From: an uncultured Candidatus Saccharibacteria bacterium
GTDB taxonomy: Bacteria; Patescibacteriota; Minisyncoccia; Phycocordibacterales; Phycocordibacteraceae
DNA length: 42,265 bases
Reading direction: 5' to 3'
NCBI GenBank assembly: GCA_964438675.1
Contig: CAYTKJ010000002.1
Span: 1-42,265 of the forward strand
A program made the position numbers and the translations under genes. The notes under the pieces are model-generated. The model was not told the DNA's origin and did no database searches. It worked only from the letters and a program-made list of their open reading frames with translations. Below are positions 32,811 through 41,302 of the stretch, in pieces (position 1 is the first letter of the stretch; each line of letters begins with the position of its first letter).

Positions 32811-34072
32811 TACCTACCAGTATTGAGGTATTCAACGGCGCGGTCAAGGATAACGTCCACCCCTTCTGGAGTATCCTGAGGCACGTCGACTACGATGTCT
32901 GGAGTGAGTCCCTGGTGAGAAATAGAAATACCCTTTGGAGTGAGCCAGCGCGCGACCGTTATTTTCACCTGCGTATCATCGGTCACATCATACACTTGCT
33001 GGACTGACCCCTTCCCAAACGACTGTACTCCAATGAGTGTTGCGCGACCGTGGTCACGCAAGGCACCTGCAAATATCTCCGAGGCTGAGGCTGAGCCGCC
33101 ATTGATAAGAATCGCAATAGAGACTCCCGGGAACCCTGAACCGAAGCCGGACGAACGGTACACCTGATCTTCCCTATCAGCACGCGACGCTTGTGTGACC
33201 ACCACCTCACCAGCCGGAATAAATGAGCTCACCATATCAACAGCCGCCTCAAGGTATCCTCCAGGATTGTTACGCAAATCGATAATCAGTTTTTGAGCTC
33301 GTGTTTTTTCAAACTCATAGAGCGCTTCTGCAAACTTGCGTGGCGCCTGCCCATTAAACATATACACCTGAATCACAAAAGTGCCGTCAGCACGAAGGCT
33401 GTGGTCAACCGTCGGAAGTTCGATAGTGTCGCGCACGACCGAGATTAGAAATGGTTTTCCATTTTCTCTATCGAGACGTGCAACCTCTAAGGAAACAGCT
33501 GTCCCTTTTGGTCCTCGGATTTTTGATACTGCAGTTTCAACGGTCATGTTCTGAGTGGACAGCTCATCAATCTTAAGAATTATGTCGCCAGACTTAACTC
33601 CGGCGCGATACGCAGGAGTATCCTTAATCGGCGCGATGACCGTTAAGAGTCCTCCACGCAGGCCGATCTCCATCCCTACACCTGAAAAGTCTCCCGCAAC
33701 CTGTGTGTCAAATATTTGTTTAGCAACTGGTGGCATAAAGACGGTATAGTCATCGCCGTATGACGCGGTAAGGCCCTGTATCGCGCCCCAAAGCTTTTCT
33801 TCAGCAGTGGTTGTAGTTGTGGTGGCGGGTAAATAATGCTCATTTATGAGTGCCCACGTTTTAAAAAGTGGCGCAAGGTCAACGTTCTCTGGTGCTCGAG
33901 CATCGTATATTGGTTGTGCACCTGCAAAAAGTGATCCCCCTCCAACATGCTCACCAGCAAAAAAACCAAGTGCCAAAATAACAATCAGCGCACCAACGAG
34001 CTGAGGGGTTGAGAGCATAAATGAGCGCTGCCACCAACTTTTTCCCTGTGTAAGCTTAAGCTGTTCAGACAT
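32810..34072 (-). CDS. ctpA: carboxy-terminal processing protease (S41) with PDZ domain
   Basis: 420-aa ORF with an N-terminal TM segment, a PDZ domain (GVGMEIG...AGVKSGDIILKID) and the S41 core (DLRNNPGGYL, NGGSASASEIFAGAL, SFGKGSVQ). Confidence 0.92.
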   Translation of the reverse strand: MSEQLKLTQGKSWWQRSFMLSTPQLVGALIVILALGFFAGEHVGGGSLFAGAQPIYDARAPENVDLAPLFKTWALINEHYLPATTTTTTAEEKLWGAIQGLTASYGDDYTVFMPPVAKQIFDTQVAGDFSGVGMEIGLRGGLLTVIAPIKDTPAYRAGVKSGDIILKIDELSTQNMTVETAVSKIRGPKGTAVSLEVARLDRENGKPFLISVVRDTIELPTVDHSLRADGTFVIQVYMFNGQAPRKFAEALYEFEKTRAQKLIIDLRNNPGGYLEAAVDMVSSFIPAGEVVVTQASRADREDQVYRSSGFGSGFPGVSIAILINGGSASASEIFAGALRDHGRATLIGVQSFGKGSVQQVYDVTDDTQVKITVARWLTPKGISISHQGLTPDIVVDVPQDTPEGVDVILDRAVEYLNTGR

Positions 34073-34077
34073 TCAGC

Positions 34078-34084
34078 TATAATA
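34078..34084. promoter_or_regulatory. overlapping divergent -10 boxes in the 17-bp ctpA/corA intergenic region
   Basis: On plus, TATAAT at 34078-34083 lies 6 nt before the ATG at 34090. On minus, TATTAT (reverse complement of 34079-34084) lies 6 nt before the ATG at 34072. Confidence 0.55.
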
Positions 34085-34089
34085 GCATC

Positions 34090-35004
34090 ATGCTTACTCG
34101 ATATGACCATCACGGCGCAGTGTGGATTGATCTAGAGCGCCCTACACTAGAAGAAGTAGAAACGCTTGCGAGCGAGATGAGCCTCGGAGCATTCGTTGAA
34201 CGGGAACTGTTATCCCCGACACCCAAACCTCGCGTCGACCTCTTACCTACCTGCATATACGCCGTACTACACTTCCCCTCTTCACGAGACACACGTGGCA
34301 AACTGAGTACACACGAAGTAGATCTAGTCATTACAAAGAATACAGTGGTTACGGTGCACTACGAGTCAGTTCCGGCGATCCTCGACTTCGCGAGTTCGTT
34401 TGAGGCTTCGATGCTTCTCAAGCGGGCGAGCACGTCACTCCACTCAGGACACTTACTGTTTGAACTATCGACTCGTCTCTACCAGTCAGTCGAAGACGAA
34501 CTTGACTCCATAGAGGAATCGGTAAACGGAATAGAGAAATCTATTTTCTCAGAACAAACACTATCGCTCGTTCGTCCCATTTCTGAACTGACACGCGAAG
34601 TCTTGAACCACAAGCGCATTGTCGCGAACCAAGATGAAATACTGCGAGAGCTAGAAAAAGCTGTGTCTGTGCTCCTCGGTGACGAGTATCGCGGCTTTGT
34701 CTCATCTATGTCATCTTTACAGTATCGAGTTTCAGCGCGCGCTCAAATGCTACTCGACGCACTTGCAGAGCTTAGAGATACAAACGATGCGTTACTCTCT
34801 ACCCGCCAAAACGAAATTATGAAAAACCTGACTGTGGTGGCATCTATTATGCTCCCATTATCACTTGTGGCTTCGATTTTTGGTATGAACACACAACACA
34901 ATCCGATTGTCGGCTCTCCTATTGACTTTTGGATTATTGTGTTCGGAATGGCACTTATCGCGGTGTGCGCAATTCTGTACTTTAAGCTCAAACGCTGGTT
35001 TTAG
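34090..35004 (+). CDS. corA: CorA-family magnesium/cobalt transporter
   Basis: 304-aa ORF with two C-terminal TM helices and the signature FGMN (GMN motif). Confidence 0.9.
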   Translation: MLTRYDHHGAVWIDLERPTLEEVETLASEMSLGAFVERELLSPTPKPRVDLLPTCIYAVLHFPSSRDTRGKLSTHEVDLVITKNTVVTVHYESVPAILDFASSFEASMLLKRASTSLHSGHLLFELSTRLYQSVEDELDSIEESVNGIEKSIFSEQTLSLVRPISELTREVLNHKRIVANQDEILRELEKAVSVLLGDEYRGFVSSMSSLQYRVSARAQMLLDALAELRDTNDALLSTRQNEIMKNLTVVASIMLPLSLVASIFGMNTQHNPIVGSPIDFWIIVFGMALIAVCAILYFKLKRWF

Positions 35005-35030
35005 GTGCATAGCCTGTAGATAACCCTCCG

Positions 35031-35062
35031 CAAAACTCGTCCAGGTGAGTTTTGTGTTTTTT
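35031..35062 (+). terminator. rho-independent terminator after corA
   Basis: CAAAACTC (35031-35038) pairs with GAGTTTTG (35047-35054) around an 8-nt loop, followed by TGTTTTTT. Confidence 0.75.
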
Positions 35063-35083
35063 AAGTCGCGCTAGAATGGTGGT

Positions 35084-36466
35084 ATGGCAACCCCTGGCCG
35101 CATTCCCCCACAATCACTCGACGCCGAGCGAGCGCTTTTAGGTGCGCTCATGCTCAAACCTGAAGGCATTCACGAAGTGAGTGATCTGATTACGTCAGAC
35201 AGCTTTTATGCTGAAAAGCATCGCGCAATGTACCGGGCGATGATAGCACTTGCAGGAGCAGGCTCACCTATTGACTTACTGTCGGTCGCCAACTATCTAA
35301 AGGAACAGAACGAAATGGATCGTGCTGGCGGTAACGCATACCTTGCTGATCTCGTAAATGCAGTCCCTACCTCTTCAAACCTCAAGCACTACGCACAGAT
35401 TGTACAGAAAAAGTCCATGATGCGTGGCCTTATCGAGGCTGCTGCGGATATTTCAGATCTTGGTTTTGACGAGTCGAAAGATGTAGAGGTAGCAGTTGAC
35501 CAAGCTGAGAAGCGTTTAGGAGAAGCGACTGCAAATCCAACTATGCGCAAGTTTGTTGCTATCGGTGAAGAGTTAAAGGAAGCTTGGGAGCGTTTCGACA
35601 ATTTGTCGAAGGGTGACCACGAGATGCGTGGCGTCCAGTCAGGGTTTCCATCACTCGACAATATGCTTGCTGGCTTCCAACGATCTGACCTCATTATCCT
35701 TGCTGCACGCCCATCGATGGGTAAAACATCGCTTGCACTCGACATTGCACGTCAATCTGCGATCAAATACGGCACACCAGTAGGTATCTTTTCTCTCGAA
35801 ATGTCCTCACAGCAGTTGGTTGACCGCATGCTTGCAGCAGAGGCTCGTGTCAATGCTTGGAAACTCAGAACAGGAAAAATTGATACAGATCAAGAGTTTG
35901 AACAGATTCGCGATGCCATGGAGCGGCTGTCAAAAGCGCCTATCTATATCGACGATCAACCAGCAAACAACGCGCTCATTATGCGCTCGGTTGCACGTCG
36001 CCTTAAACGAGAGCATGGAATCGGCCTCATTATTGTCGACTACTTACAGCTCATGGCACCAACATCCGCACGCTCCTCAGACTCGATGGTCCAGCAAGTG
36101 ACAGAAATTTCACGTTCGTTAAAACAGCTTGCCCGCGAGATCGATGTTCCTGTTATCGCGCTTTCCCAGCTTTCACGCGCCGTCGAGCAACGTCGCGGTC
36201 GTCCGCGACTCTCAGACTTGCGCGATTCGGGCTCTATTGAGCAGGACGCGGACGTCGTTATGTTTATTCATCGTGAAGACAAAATGAATGAGTCTGCAGA
36301 CAAGAACAATATTGCTGAAATTCTTATTGAAAAGCACCGCAATGGACCCGTGGGTAAAATCGAACTGTACTTTGATGAAAAACGCACGTCATTTCTTTCA
36401 ATAGAGCAATCGGATTTTAATGTCGGCGTTTCCGCTGCTGCACCATCAGTACAGGACGATTTCTAG
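35084..36466 (+). CDS. dnaB: replicative DNA helicase DnaB
   Basis: 460-aa ORF: PPQSLDAERALLGALM, Walker A ARPSMGKTS, and DYLQLM/SRSLK..ARE..VPVIALSQLSR. TAGAAT at 35072-35077 lies 6 nt before the ATG. Confidence 0.96.
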   Translation: MATPGRIPPQSLDAERALLGALMLKPEGIHEVSDLITSDSFYAEKHRAMYRAMIALAGAGSPIDLLSVANYLKEQNEMDRAGGNAYLADLVNAVPTSSNLKHYAQIVQKKSMMRGLIEAAADISDLGFDESKDVEVAVDQAEKRLGEATANPTMRKFVAIGEELKEAWERFDNLSKGDHEMRGVQSGFPSLDNMLAGFQRSDLIILAARPSMGKTSLALDIARQSAIKYGTPVGIFSLEMSSQQLVDRMLAAEARVNAWKLRTGKIDTDQEFEQIRDAMERLSKAPIYIDDQPANNALIMRSVARRLKREHGIGLIIVDYLQLMAPTSARSSDSMVQQVTEISRSLKQLAREIDVPVIALSQLSRAVEQRRGRPRLSDLRDSGSIEQDADVVMFIHREDKMNESADKNNIAEILIEKHRNGPVGKIELYFDEKRTSFLSIEQSDFNVGVSAAAPSVQDDF

Positions 36467-36473
36467 CACTCGC

Positions 36474-37067
36474 ATGTCACCAATCAACGAACTGACAGAC
36501 CTGCTGGCCAACCTGCCAGGACTTGGTCCGCGCCAGGCTCGCCGCGTGGTTCAATACCTGTTAGCAAAAGACCAGACATTCCGTGCGCACCTTTCAGAAA
36601 TGATTCGTACAATGCATGCGCAAACAATGCAGTGTACACGCTGCTACCAATTCGATGACCCGCGTGAGACACGCCTGTGTCATATGTGTGCAGATCCGCA
36701 GCGTGACGCGTCACTACTTATGGTAGTCGAGCACGATGTAGATATAGATGCCATAGAGGCGTCACTCACGTACAAGGGCTATTACTTTGTACTCGGAGGG
36801 CTTATGAACCTCGTGAAGCAACGGAAAGACAAAATAATCCGCACCAAAGAATTACAACTGCGCATCGGGTCCGAAGTGAAAGAAGTGATATTTGCGCTCG
36901 CGGCGACTCCTGAGGGGGACTTCACTGCAAAAGAGGTGTCTGTTGAACTAAGAGCTATGAACAATGAGCTAAAAACGACGCTACTCGGTCGAGGGTTGTC
37001 TATTGGGGCAGAACTTGAGTACGCAGACCCAGAGACCTTACGGAGTGCACTAAAAAACCGCTCGTAG
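36474..37067 (+). CDS. recR: recombination protein RecR
   Basis: HhH N-terminus (LPGLGPRQARR), C4 zinc finger (CTRC...CHMC) and a Toprim domain. ATG at 36474. The track extension to 36420 overlaps dnaB. Confidence 0.93.
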   Translation: MSPINELTDLLANLPGLGPRQARRVVQYLLAKDQTFRAHLSEMIRTMHAQTMQCTRCYQFDDPRETRLCHMCADPQRDASLLMVVEHDVDIDAIEASLTYKGYYFVLGGLMNLVKQRKDKIIRTKELQLRIGSEVKEVIFALAATPEGDFTAKEVSVELRAMNNELKTTLLGRGLSIGAELEYADPETLRSALKNRS

Positions 37068-37082
37068 AGCGGTTTAGATTTT
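37052..37082. terminator. bidirectional hairpin/terminator spanning the convergent recR and rplU stop codons
   Basis: AAACCGCTC (37055-37063) pairs with GAGCGGTTT (37067-37075) around a GTA loop. On the minus strand the stem is followed by a T-run; on plus it is followed by AGATTTT. Confidence 0.6.
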
Positions 37083-37382
37083 CTCGATCAAAACCTTGAT
37101 GTACGGTTGCCGATGGCCGCGCTTCTTAAAGTAGCGACTCTTTTGCTTATAGCGGATAACAACTTTTTTGTCGTCCTTCCCTGCCTCAAGGACCTTACCT
37201 ACTACCTTACCGCCCGTGGTCGGAGTGCCCACCTCGGTCGACTTTCCATCGTCCTTGAGAAGCACGTGGTCGAAGGTTATAGCCTTACCCACCTCTGCTC
37301 CAAGCACCTTTTCTAGCTCTAAATAACGCCCCTCCTCGACAAGGTACTGCTTACCGCCTGTCTTAATGATTGCAAATGCCAT
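37074..37382 (-). CDS. rplU: 50S ribosomal protein L21
   Basis: MAFAIIKTGGKQYLVEEG... is the L21 N-terminus. The ATG at 37382 is preceded by TACTAT + 7 nt. The track start at 37418 is TTG. Confidence 0.94.
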   Translation of the reverse strand: MAFAIIKTGGKQYLVEEGRYLELEKVLGAEVGKAITFDHVLLKDDGKSTEVGTPTTGGKVVGKVLEAGKDDKKVVIRYKQKSRYFKKRGHRQPYIKVLIEKI

Positions 37383-37467
37383 GTGAGGTATAGTACACCA
37401 TTTTCTAGGCTGCATCAACAGCCTATTGCACCATCACTCTATTGTTGTATAATAGCTTCCACAGAAT

Positions 37468-37689
37468 ATGGAAGGAATTCGTAAACCAGATGAGCTTAAA
37501 AGAAAGGGGTTGGTAGGGAGTATGCGGTACTTTCGAACTACACAAGAAAAGTTGCTCAAGCGCGATGTTGAGTGGCTTGAAAAGTACAACGAACGTATTG
37601 CAGGAGGGCAGTCTTTAAAGATTGCTGCAATTGGAACAACTGCTGTAATCTACGGACTAAAAACTGCAATGACGTTGGTACAGAGCTAG
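37468..37689 (+). CDS. hypothetical 73-aa protein with C-terminal hydrophobic segment
   Basis: ORF from the track. TATAAT at 37448-37453 lies 14 nt upstream. No family recognised. Confidence 0.4.
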   Translation: MEGIRKPDELKRKGLVGSMRYFRTTQEKLLKRDVEWLEKYNERIAGGQSLKIAAIGTTAVIYGLKTAMTLVQS

Positions 37690-37698
37690 CACCAATGA

Positions 37699-39516
37699 TT
37701 ACTCAACGGTTACAGATTTAGCGAGGTTGCGAGGTTTGTCGACATCGAGCCCCAGTCCGGCACCAAAGTAGTACGCAAAAAGCTGGAGTGTAATGGCAGC
37801 GGCTAGTGGTGCTAGTTCTTCATCACATCTTGGAAGCCATAAAACGTCGTCAGCAAGCTTTTCTGCTCGATGATCGCCGTCAGTTGCAAGCATTATGACT
37901 GGCCCGTTGCGCGCTTTTATCTCTTCAATACTTGAGACCATTTTTTCATATACAGAGTCCTGTGGCGCTATGGCTACCGTAGGAAAATGCTTATCTATGA
38001 GCGCAAGCGGACCGTGTTTCATCTCTCCCGCTGGGTACCCTTCTGCGTGAACGTAAGACACCTCCTTGAGCTTGAGTGCACCCTCGTATGCAGTTCCGAC
38101 GTTATACCTGCGCCCAAGGAACAGCAAATGGCGTGCTGTTACATACTTTTGCACAACCCGCACAACCTCGTCAGTACGTTGGAGTACTTTTTCAGCAATG
38201 GTTGGTGCATTCTGAAGAGCATGTTGAAGTCGCAACAGCCGTTCGGGCGATACGCCGCGCTCTTTGCCAAACCAGAGCGCAATGAGCCCAAACGCTGTTA
38301 GTTGCGCAAGATACGCTTTGGTTGAAGCAACGCCAACTTCTGGACCAGCATGTGTGTATACACCAGCGTCCACCGTGCGAGCTATTGTTGAACCGATCAC
38401 ATTGACCATCCCGAGAGTAAGTAGTCCACGCTCCTTTGCTACTTTTAATGTTGCGAGCGTGTCCGCTGTTTCACCCGACTGAGTCACGGCGAGCATCACA
38501 TCTCGAGGTCCCATATGCGGCGTAGCGTAGCGACCCTCGGAACCAAGCACTAGAGTGACAGGAATTTCTGCTATGTCCTCGATAAGATACTTACCGTAGA
38601 GACCTGCGTAGTATGCTGAGCCACACCCCACAATAGTGAGACGCTCCATAGTGCTGAGCTCTCTCTGCACCTCCTCTAACCCACCAAGCTTCACACCCTC
38701 CTTGTCAGTCTTAAGCCTCCCTCTCAACGTGTCGTGTATAACCTGCGGAATTTCGTAAAGTTCTTTGAGCATAAAGTGCGAGTACCCACCCTTCTCGAGC
38801 GCCGTGGAGGCAAGGCATAGAGTCACTGGCTCGCGCGTATGTTGCTCGTGTGAAAGCGCGCGTATGCTGTAGGTCGTTGGTGTAACTACTGCATACTCGC
38901 CATCTTCGAGATACACAATGCGTTTAGTCTCATGAATGACTGCCGAAGCATCAGATACTACCCACATTTCCCCATCTCCAACTCCGAGCGCGAGCGGACT
39001 GCCGAGCGCTGCGGCGTAGATAGTGCCAGGTTCATTCAGAAACATAACAGCAATGCCGTACGTGCCTCGTACTCTTGTAAGCGCTGCAGTGAGCGCGTGA
39101 GCGTTGTCGACGGCAGTCAGTGCCTCGTCACCAATAAGGTGTGCAAGTACCTCCGAGTCAGTCTGTGACAGAAACGTATGTCCCTTTTCAACCAGCTCTT
39201 CTCTCAAAATCGTGTAGTTCTCGATAATTCCATTGTGCACAAGAAAAAGCGTCTTGTCCTTAGAGTAGTGCGGATGAGCGTTTCGCTCCTCTGGGGAACC
39301 GTGAGTTGCCCAGCGGGTGTGTGCTATGCCCGCGCGGCCCGTGGGCCGCGCGGGCAACACGTTCTGTAGGTTCGCGACCTTCCCCACCGCGCGAAACAAT
39401 CCGTCTTCAGTGTAGGCGCCAGCCGAGTCGTAACCGCGATACTCTAACTTCTCTAGCCCTGCGAGTAAAAGTGGGAGCGCTACACGCTCACCGGAGTACG
39501 CAATTATTCCACACAT
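37699..39516 (-). CDS. glmS: glutamine--fructose-6-phosphate aminotransferase
   Basis: 605-aa ORF with the MCGIIAY Ntn-amidotransferase N-terminus, GIAHTRWATHG, two SIS domains, and a C-terminus of AKSVTVE. Confidence 0.97.
   Translation of the reverse strand: MCGIIAYSGERVALPLLLAGLEKLEYRGYDSAGAYTEDGLFRAVGKVANLQNVLPARPTGRAGIAHTRWATHGSPEERNAHPHYSKDKTLFLVHNGIIENYTILREELVEKGHTFLSQTDSEVLAHLIGDEALTAVDNAHALTAALTRVRGTYGIAVMFLNEPGTIYAAALGSPLALGVGDGEMWVVSDASAVIHETKRIVYLEDGEYAVVTPTTYSIRALSHEQHTREPVTLCLASTALEKGGYSHFMLKELYEIPQVIHDTLRGRLKTDKEGVKLGGLEEVQRELSTMERLTIVGCGSAYYAGLYGKYLIEDIAEIPVTLVLGSEGRYATPHMGPRDVMLAVTQSGETADTLATLKVAKERGLLTLGMVNVIGSTIARTVDAGVYTHAGPEVGVASTKAYLAQLTAFGLIALWFGKERGVSPERLLRLQHALQNAPTIAEKVLQRTDEVVRVVQKYVTARHLLFLGRRYNVGTAYEGALKLKEVSYVHAEGYPAGEMKHGPLALIDKHFPTVAIAPQDSVYEKMVSSIEEIKARNGPVIMLATDGDHRAEKLADDVLWLPRCDEELAPLAAAITLQLFAYYFGAGLGLDVDKPRNLAKSVTVE
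39328..39355. repeat. GC-only 13-bp inverted repeat inside glmS
   Basis: GCCCGCGCGGCCC-GT-GGGCCGCGCGGGC, read directly. It encodes PARPTGRAG on the minus strand. Confidence 0.9.
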
Positions 39517-39552
39517 TACCTGTAGTACTACCGTGGCACTACGTACGTTACG

Positions 39553-40584
39553 CTAATCACGCACTGGACCATCAATGAGCGATGTCTCTACCCCCACTGC
39601 AGTGCCAGTAATCTTAAGTACGTCTTTATCTATTTTCTTAAATTCCTTTTCAGTAGCGTTATAGTGGTTTACGACAGTACCGAGCGCATTCCCTAGTTTA
39701 CTCTGGTACTCACGGTACGCACCCAGGTGCTTGCTCAACTCCCCCACGTTCTTAACCACGTCCTGTATCTTCTCCTCAATCTGTAAGGACTTTAGTCCCT
39801 GGAGCACCGTCTGCAGGTATGCGAGGAATGATGTGGGCGACACAATAATCACCTTCTTACTGAACGCATATTCTATGAGGTCGCGCGTATTAGTCTTTAC
39901 TGTTCCCACCTGGTTTATGAGGAGGTCATAGTAAATACCCTCGGACGGAATAAACATAAATGCAAATTCCATGGTGTTCTCCGCCGGACGCACGTACTTA
40001 CTGGTTTCGTCAATACGGAGCTTCAAGTCCTGCTTAAAAAGTTTTTCTAGGCGCTCTTTTTCTGTCACATCGTTTGTTTCTAAAATGCGATTATAGTTAT
40101 CGAGACTGAATTTAGAGTCTATGGGCACTAGGCGATCCTTAATAAAGACAACCGCATCGACTATCTCGCCACTCTGAAAAGCGTATTGCATCTGGAACGA
40201 CCCTGGTGGCATCACGTTCTGAAGCACTGTTTCAAGGTAGTACTCGCCCAAAATGCCGCGCTGTTTTGGATTTTTCAAAATATCTTGCAGATTCTGCAGT
40301 TGGTCAGCAAACGACACTACTTGTCTATTTGTCTCGTCGAGCTTGGTAAGCCCTTCAGTCACATCTTTCACAATTTTGAAAGTATCTGAAAGTTGTCGCT
40401 GCACCGAGTCCTGCACTCGACTCGTGGAGTCGTTCATAATCCGCCCAAGCTCAGCTATGCGGTCGTTCAGTAGACCCAGAGCGTCTCCACCCCCCTGCGG
40501 CTGCTTTTGTGTAAGAATTGTATACGCCACAAATCCAACAAGAGCGATAAGGATGATGAGCAGTGTGGCGAGCAGTATTTCCAT
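39553..40584 (-). CDS. rmuC: DNA recombination protein RmuC
   Basis: 343-aa ORF with an N-terminal TM helix, a coiled coil and a RmuC-type nuclease-like C-terminal region (MFIPSEGIYY..., VIIVSPTSFLAYL). Confidence 0.88.
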   Translation of the reverse strand: MEILLATLLIILIALVGFVAYTILTQKQPQGGGDALGLLNDRIAELGRIMNDSTSRVQDSVQRQLSDTFKIVKDVTEGLTKLDETNRQVVSFADQLQNLQDILKNPKQRGILGEYYLETVLQNVMPPGSFQMQYAFQSGEIVDAVVFIKDRLVPIDSKFSLDNYNRILETNDVTEKERLEKLFKQDLKLRIDETSKYVRPAENTMEFAFMFIPSEGIYYDLLINQVGTVKTNTRDLIEYAFSKKVIIVSPTSFLAYLQTVLQGLKSLQIEEKIQDVVKNVGELSKHLGAYREYQSKLGNALGTVVNHYNATEKEFKKIDKDVLKITGTAVGVETSLIDGPVRD

Positions 40585-40590
40585 AGTGCC

Positions 40591-40611
40591 ATTTTAGCAC
40601 CGTGTTAGAAT
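40591..40611. promoter_or_regulatory. back-to-back -10 boxes in the 33-bp rmuC/YqeY intergenic region
   Basis: On minus, TAAAAT (reverse complement of 40591-40596) lies 6 nt before the ATG at 40584. On plus, TAGAAT at 40606-40611 lies 6 nt before the ATG at 40618. Confidence 0.55.
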
Positions 40612-40617
40612 TACCCT

Positions 40618-41070
40618 ATGCTACAAGATCAAATAGGAGCGGACCTGGTGTCTGCAATGAAGGCAAAAGATGCGCTAAAAGTAGAGGTGTTTCGTGGACT
40701 GAAGGCAGCGTTTACGAACGAGCTTGTCGCGACCAAACGCATGCCGACAGACCCACTACCGGATGCTGATGCACTCAATGTCATCAAGCGTGAGGTAAAG
40801 AAGCGCAAAGAGGCAGCTGACGCGTTTAGGACTGGAAATCGAGCTGAGCTCGCTGACAAGGAAGAAGCAGAGCGCGCAATACTCGAGGTGTACCTCCCAC
40901 CGACAATGCCTCGGGAAGAAATACTCAAATTTGCTCTAGCAAAGAAGCTAGAGATGGGGGTCACTGACAAAAGCGAGATGGGTAAGTTTATGGGTGCTCT
41001 GATGAAGGAGCTAGCAGGCCGTGCAGACGGTGGTGACGTAAAAGACGTGGTCACTGGACTTTTTGTATAA
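40618..41070 (+). CDS. GatB/YqeY domain-containing protein
   Basis: 150-aa ORF with the YqeY-like pattern (LQDQI..DL..AMKAKD....V.R.LKAAF.N; REEILKFA...). Confidence 0.82.
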   Translation: MLQDQIGADLVSAMKAKDALKVEVFRGLKAAFTNELVATKRMPTDPLPDADALNVIKREVKKRKEAADAFRTGNRAELADKEEAERAILEVYLPPTMPREEILKFALAKKLEMGVTDKSEMGKFMGALMKELAGRADGGDVKDVVTGLFV

Positions 41071-41074
41071 CAGT

Positions 41075-41302
41075 ATGTCGGAGAACATGCAAAGATTGGC
41101 AAAGGCTGATCCACAAGAACATCTAAAACGTTCAAGTTTAGGTGGACGGAGAGCGGCAGAAAAGAGAAAGGAAGTGGAGAAGAGGAAAAGAATATTGGAA
41201 GAAGTTGCCAAAGAAAAGAAATCGCGTGATGTTTTAAAATTTGTACAAGCTACCGAAGGTGGTCCAGACGGTCCTGATCAGTATGCTGGGCGTAATGGGT
41301 AG
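41075..41302 (+). CDS. hypothetical small Lys/Glu/Arg-rich protein
   Basis: 75 aa from the ATG at 41075; the track start at 41063 is TTG. Low-complexity charged sequence. No family recognised. Confidence 0.3.
   Translation: MSENMQRLAKADPQEHLKRSSLGGRRAAEKRKEVEKRKRILEEVAKEKKSRDVLKFVQATEGGPDGPDQYAGRNG

Noticed and set aside
37406-37425. A 7-bp inverted repeat (TAGGCTG...CAGCCTA) between the divergent rplU and 73-aa ORF promoters.
   Set aside because: The stem is short with no further support. It could be an operator, but the evidence is too thin to call.
39517-39552. A possible glmS ribozyme upstream of glmS.
   Set aside because: Only 36 nt separate glmS from the rmuC stop, far too short for the ~170-nt ribozyme, and no conserved core was seen.
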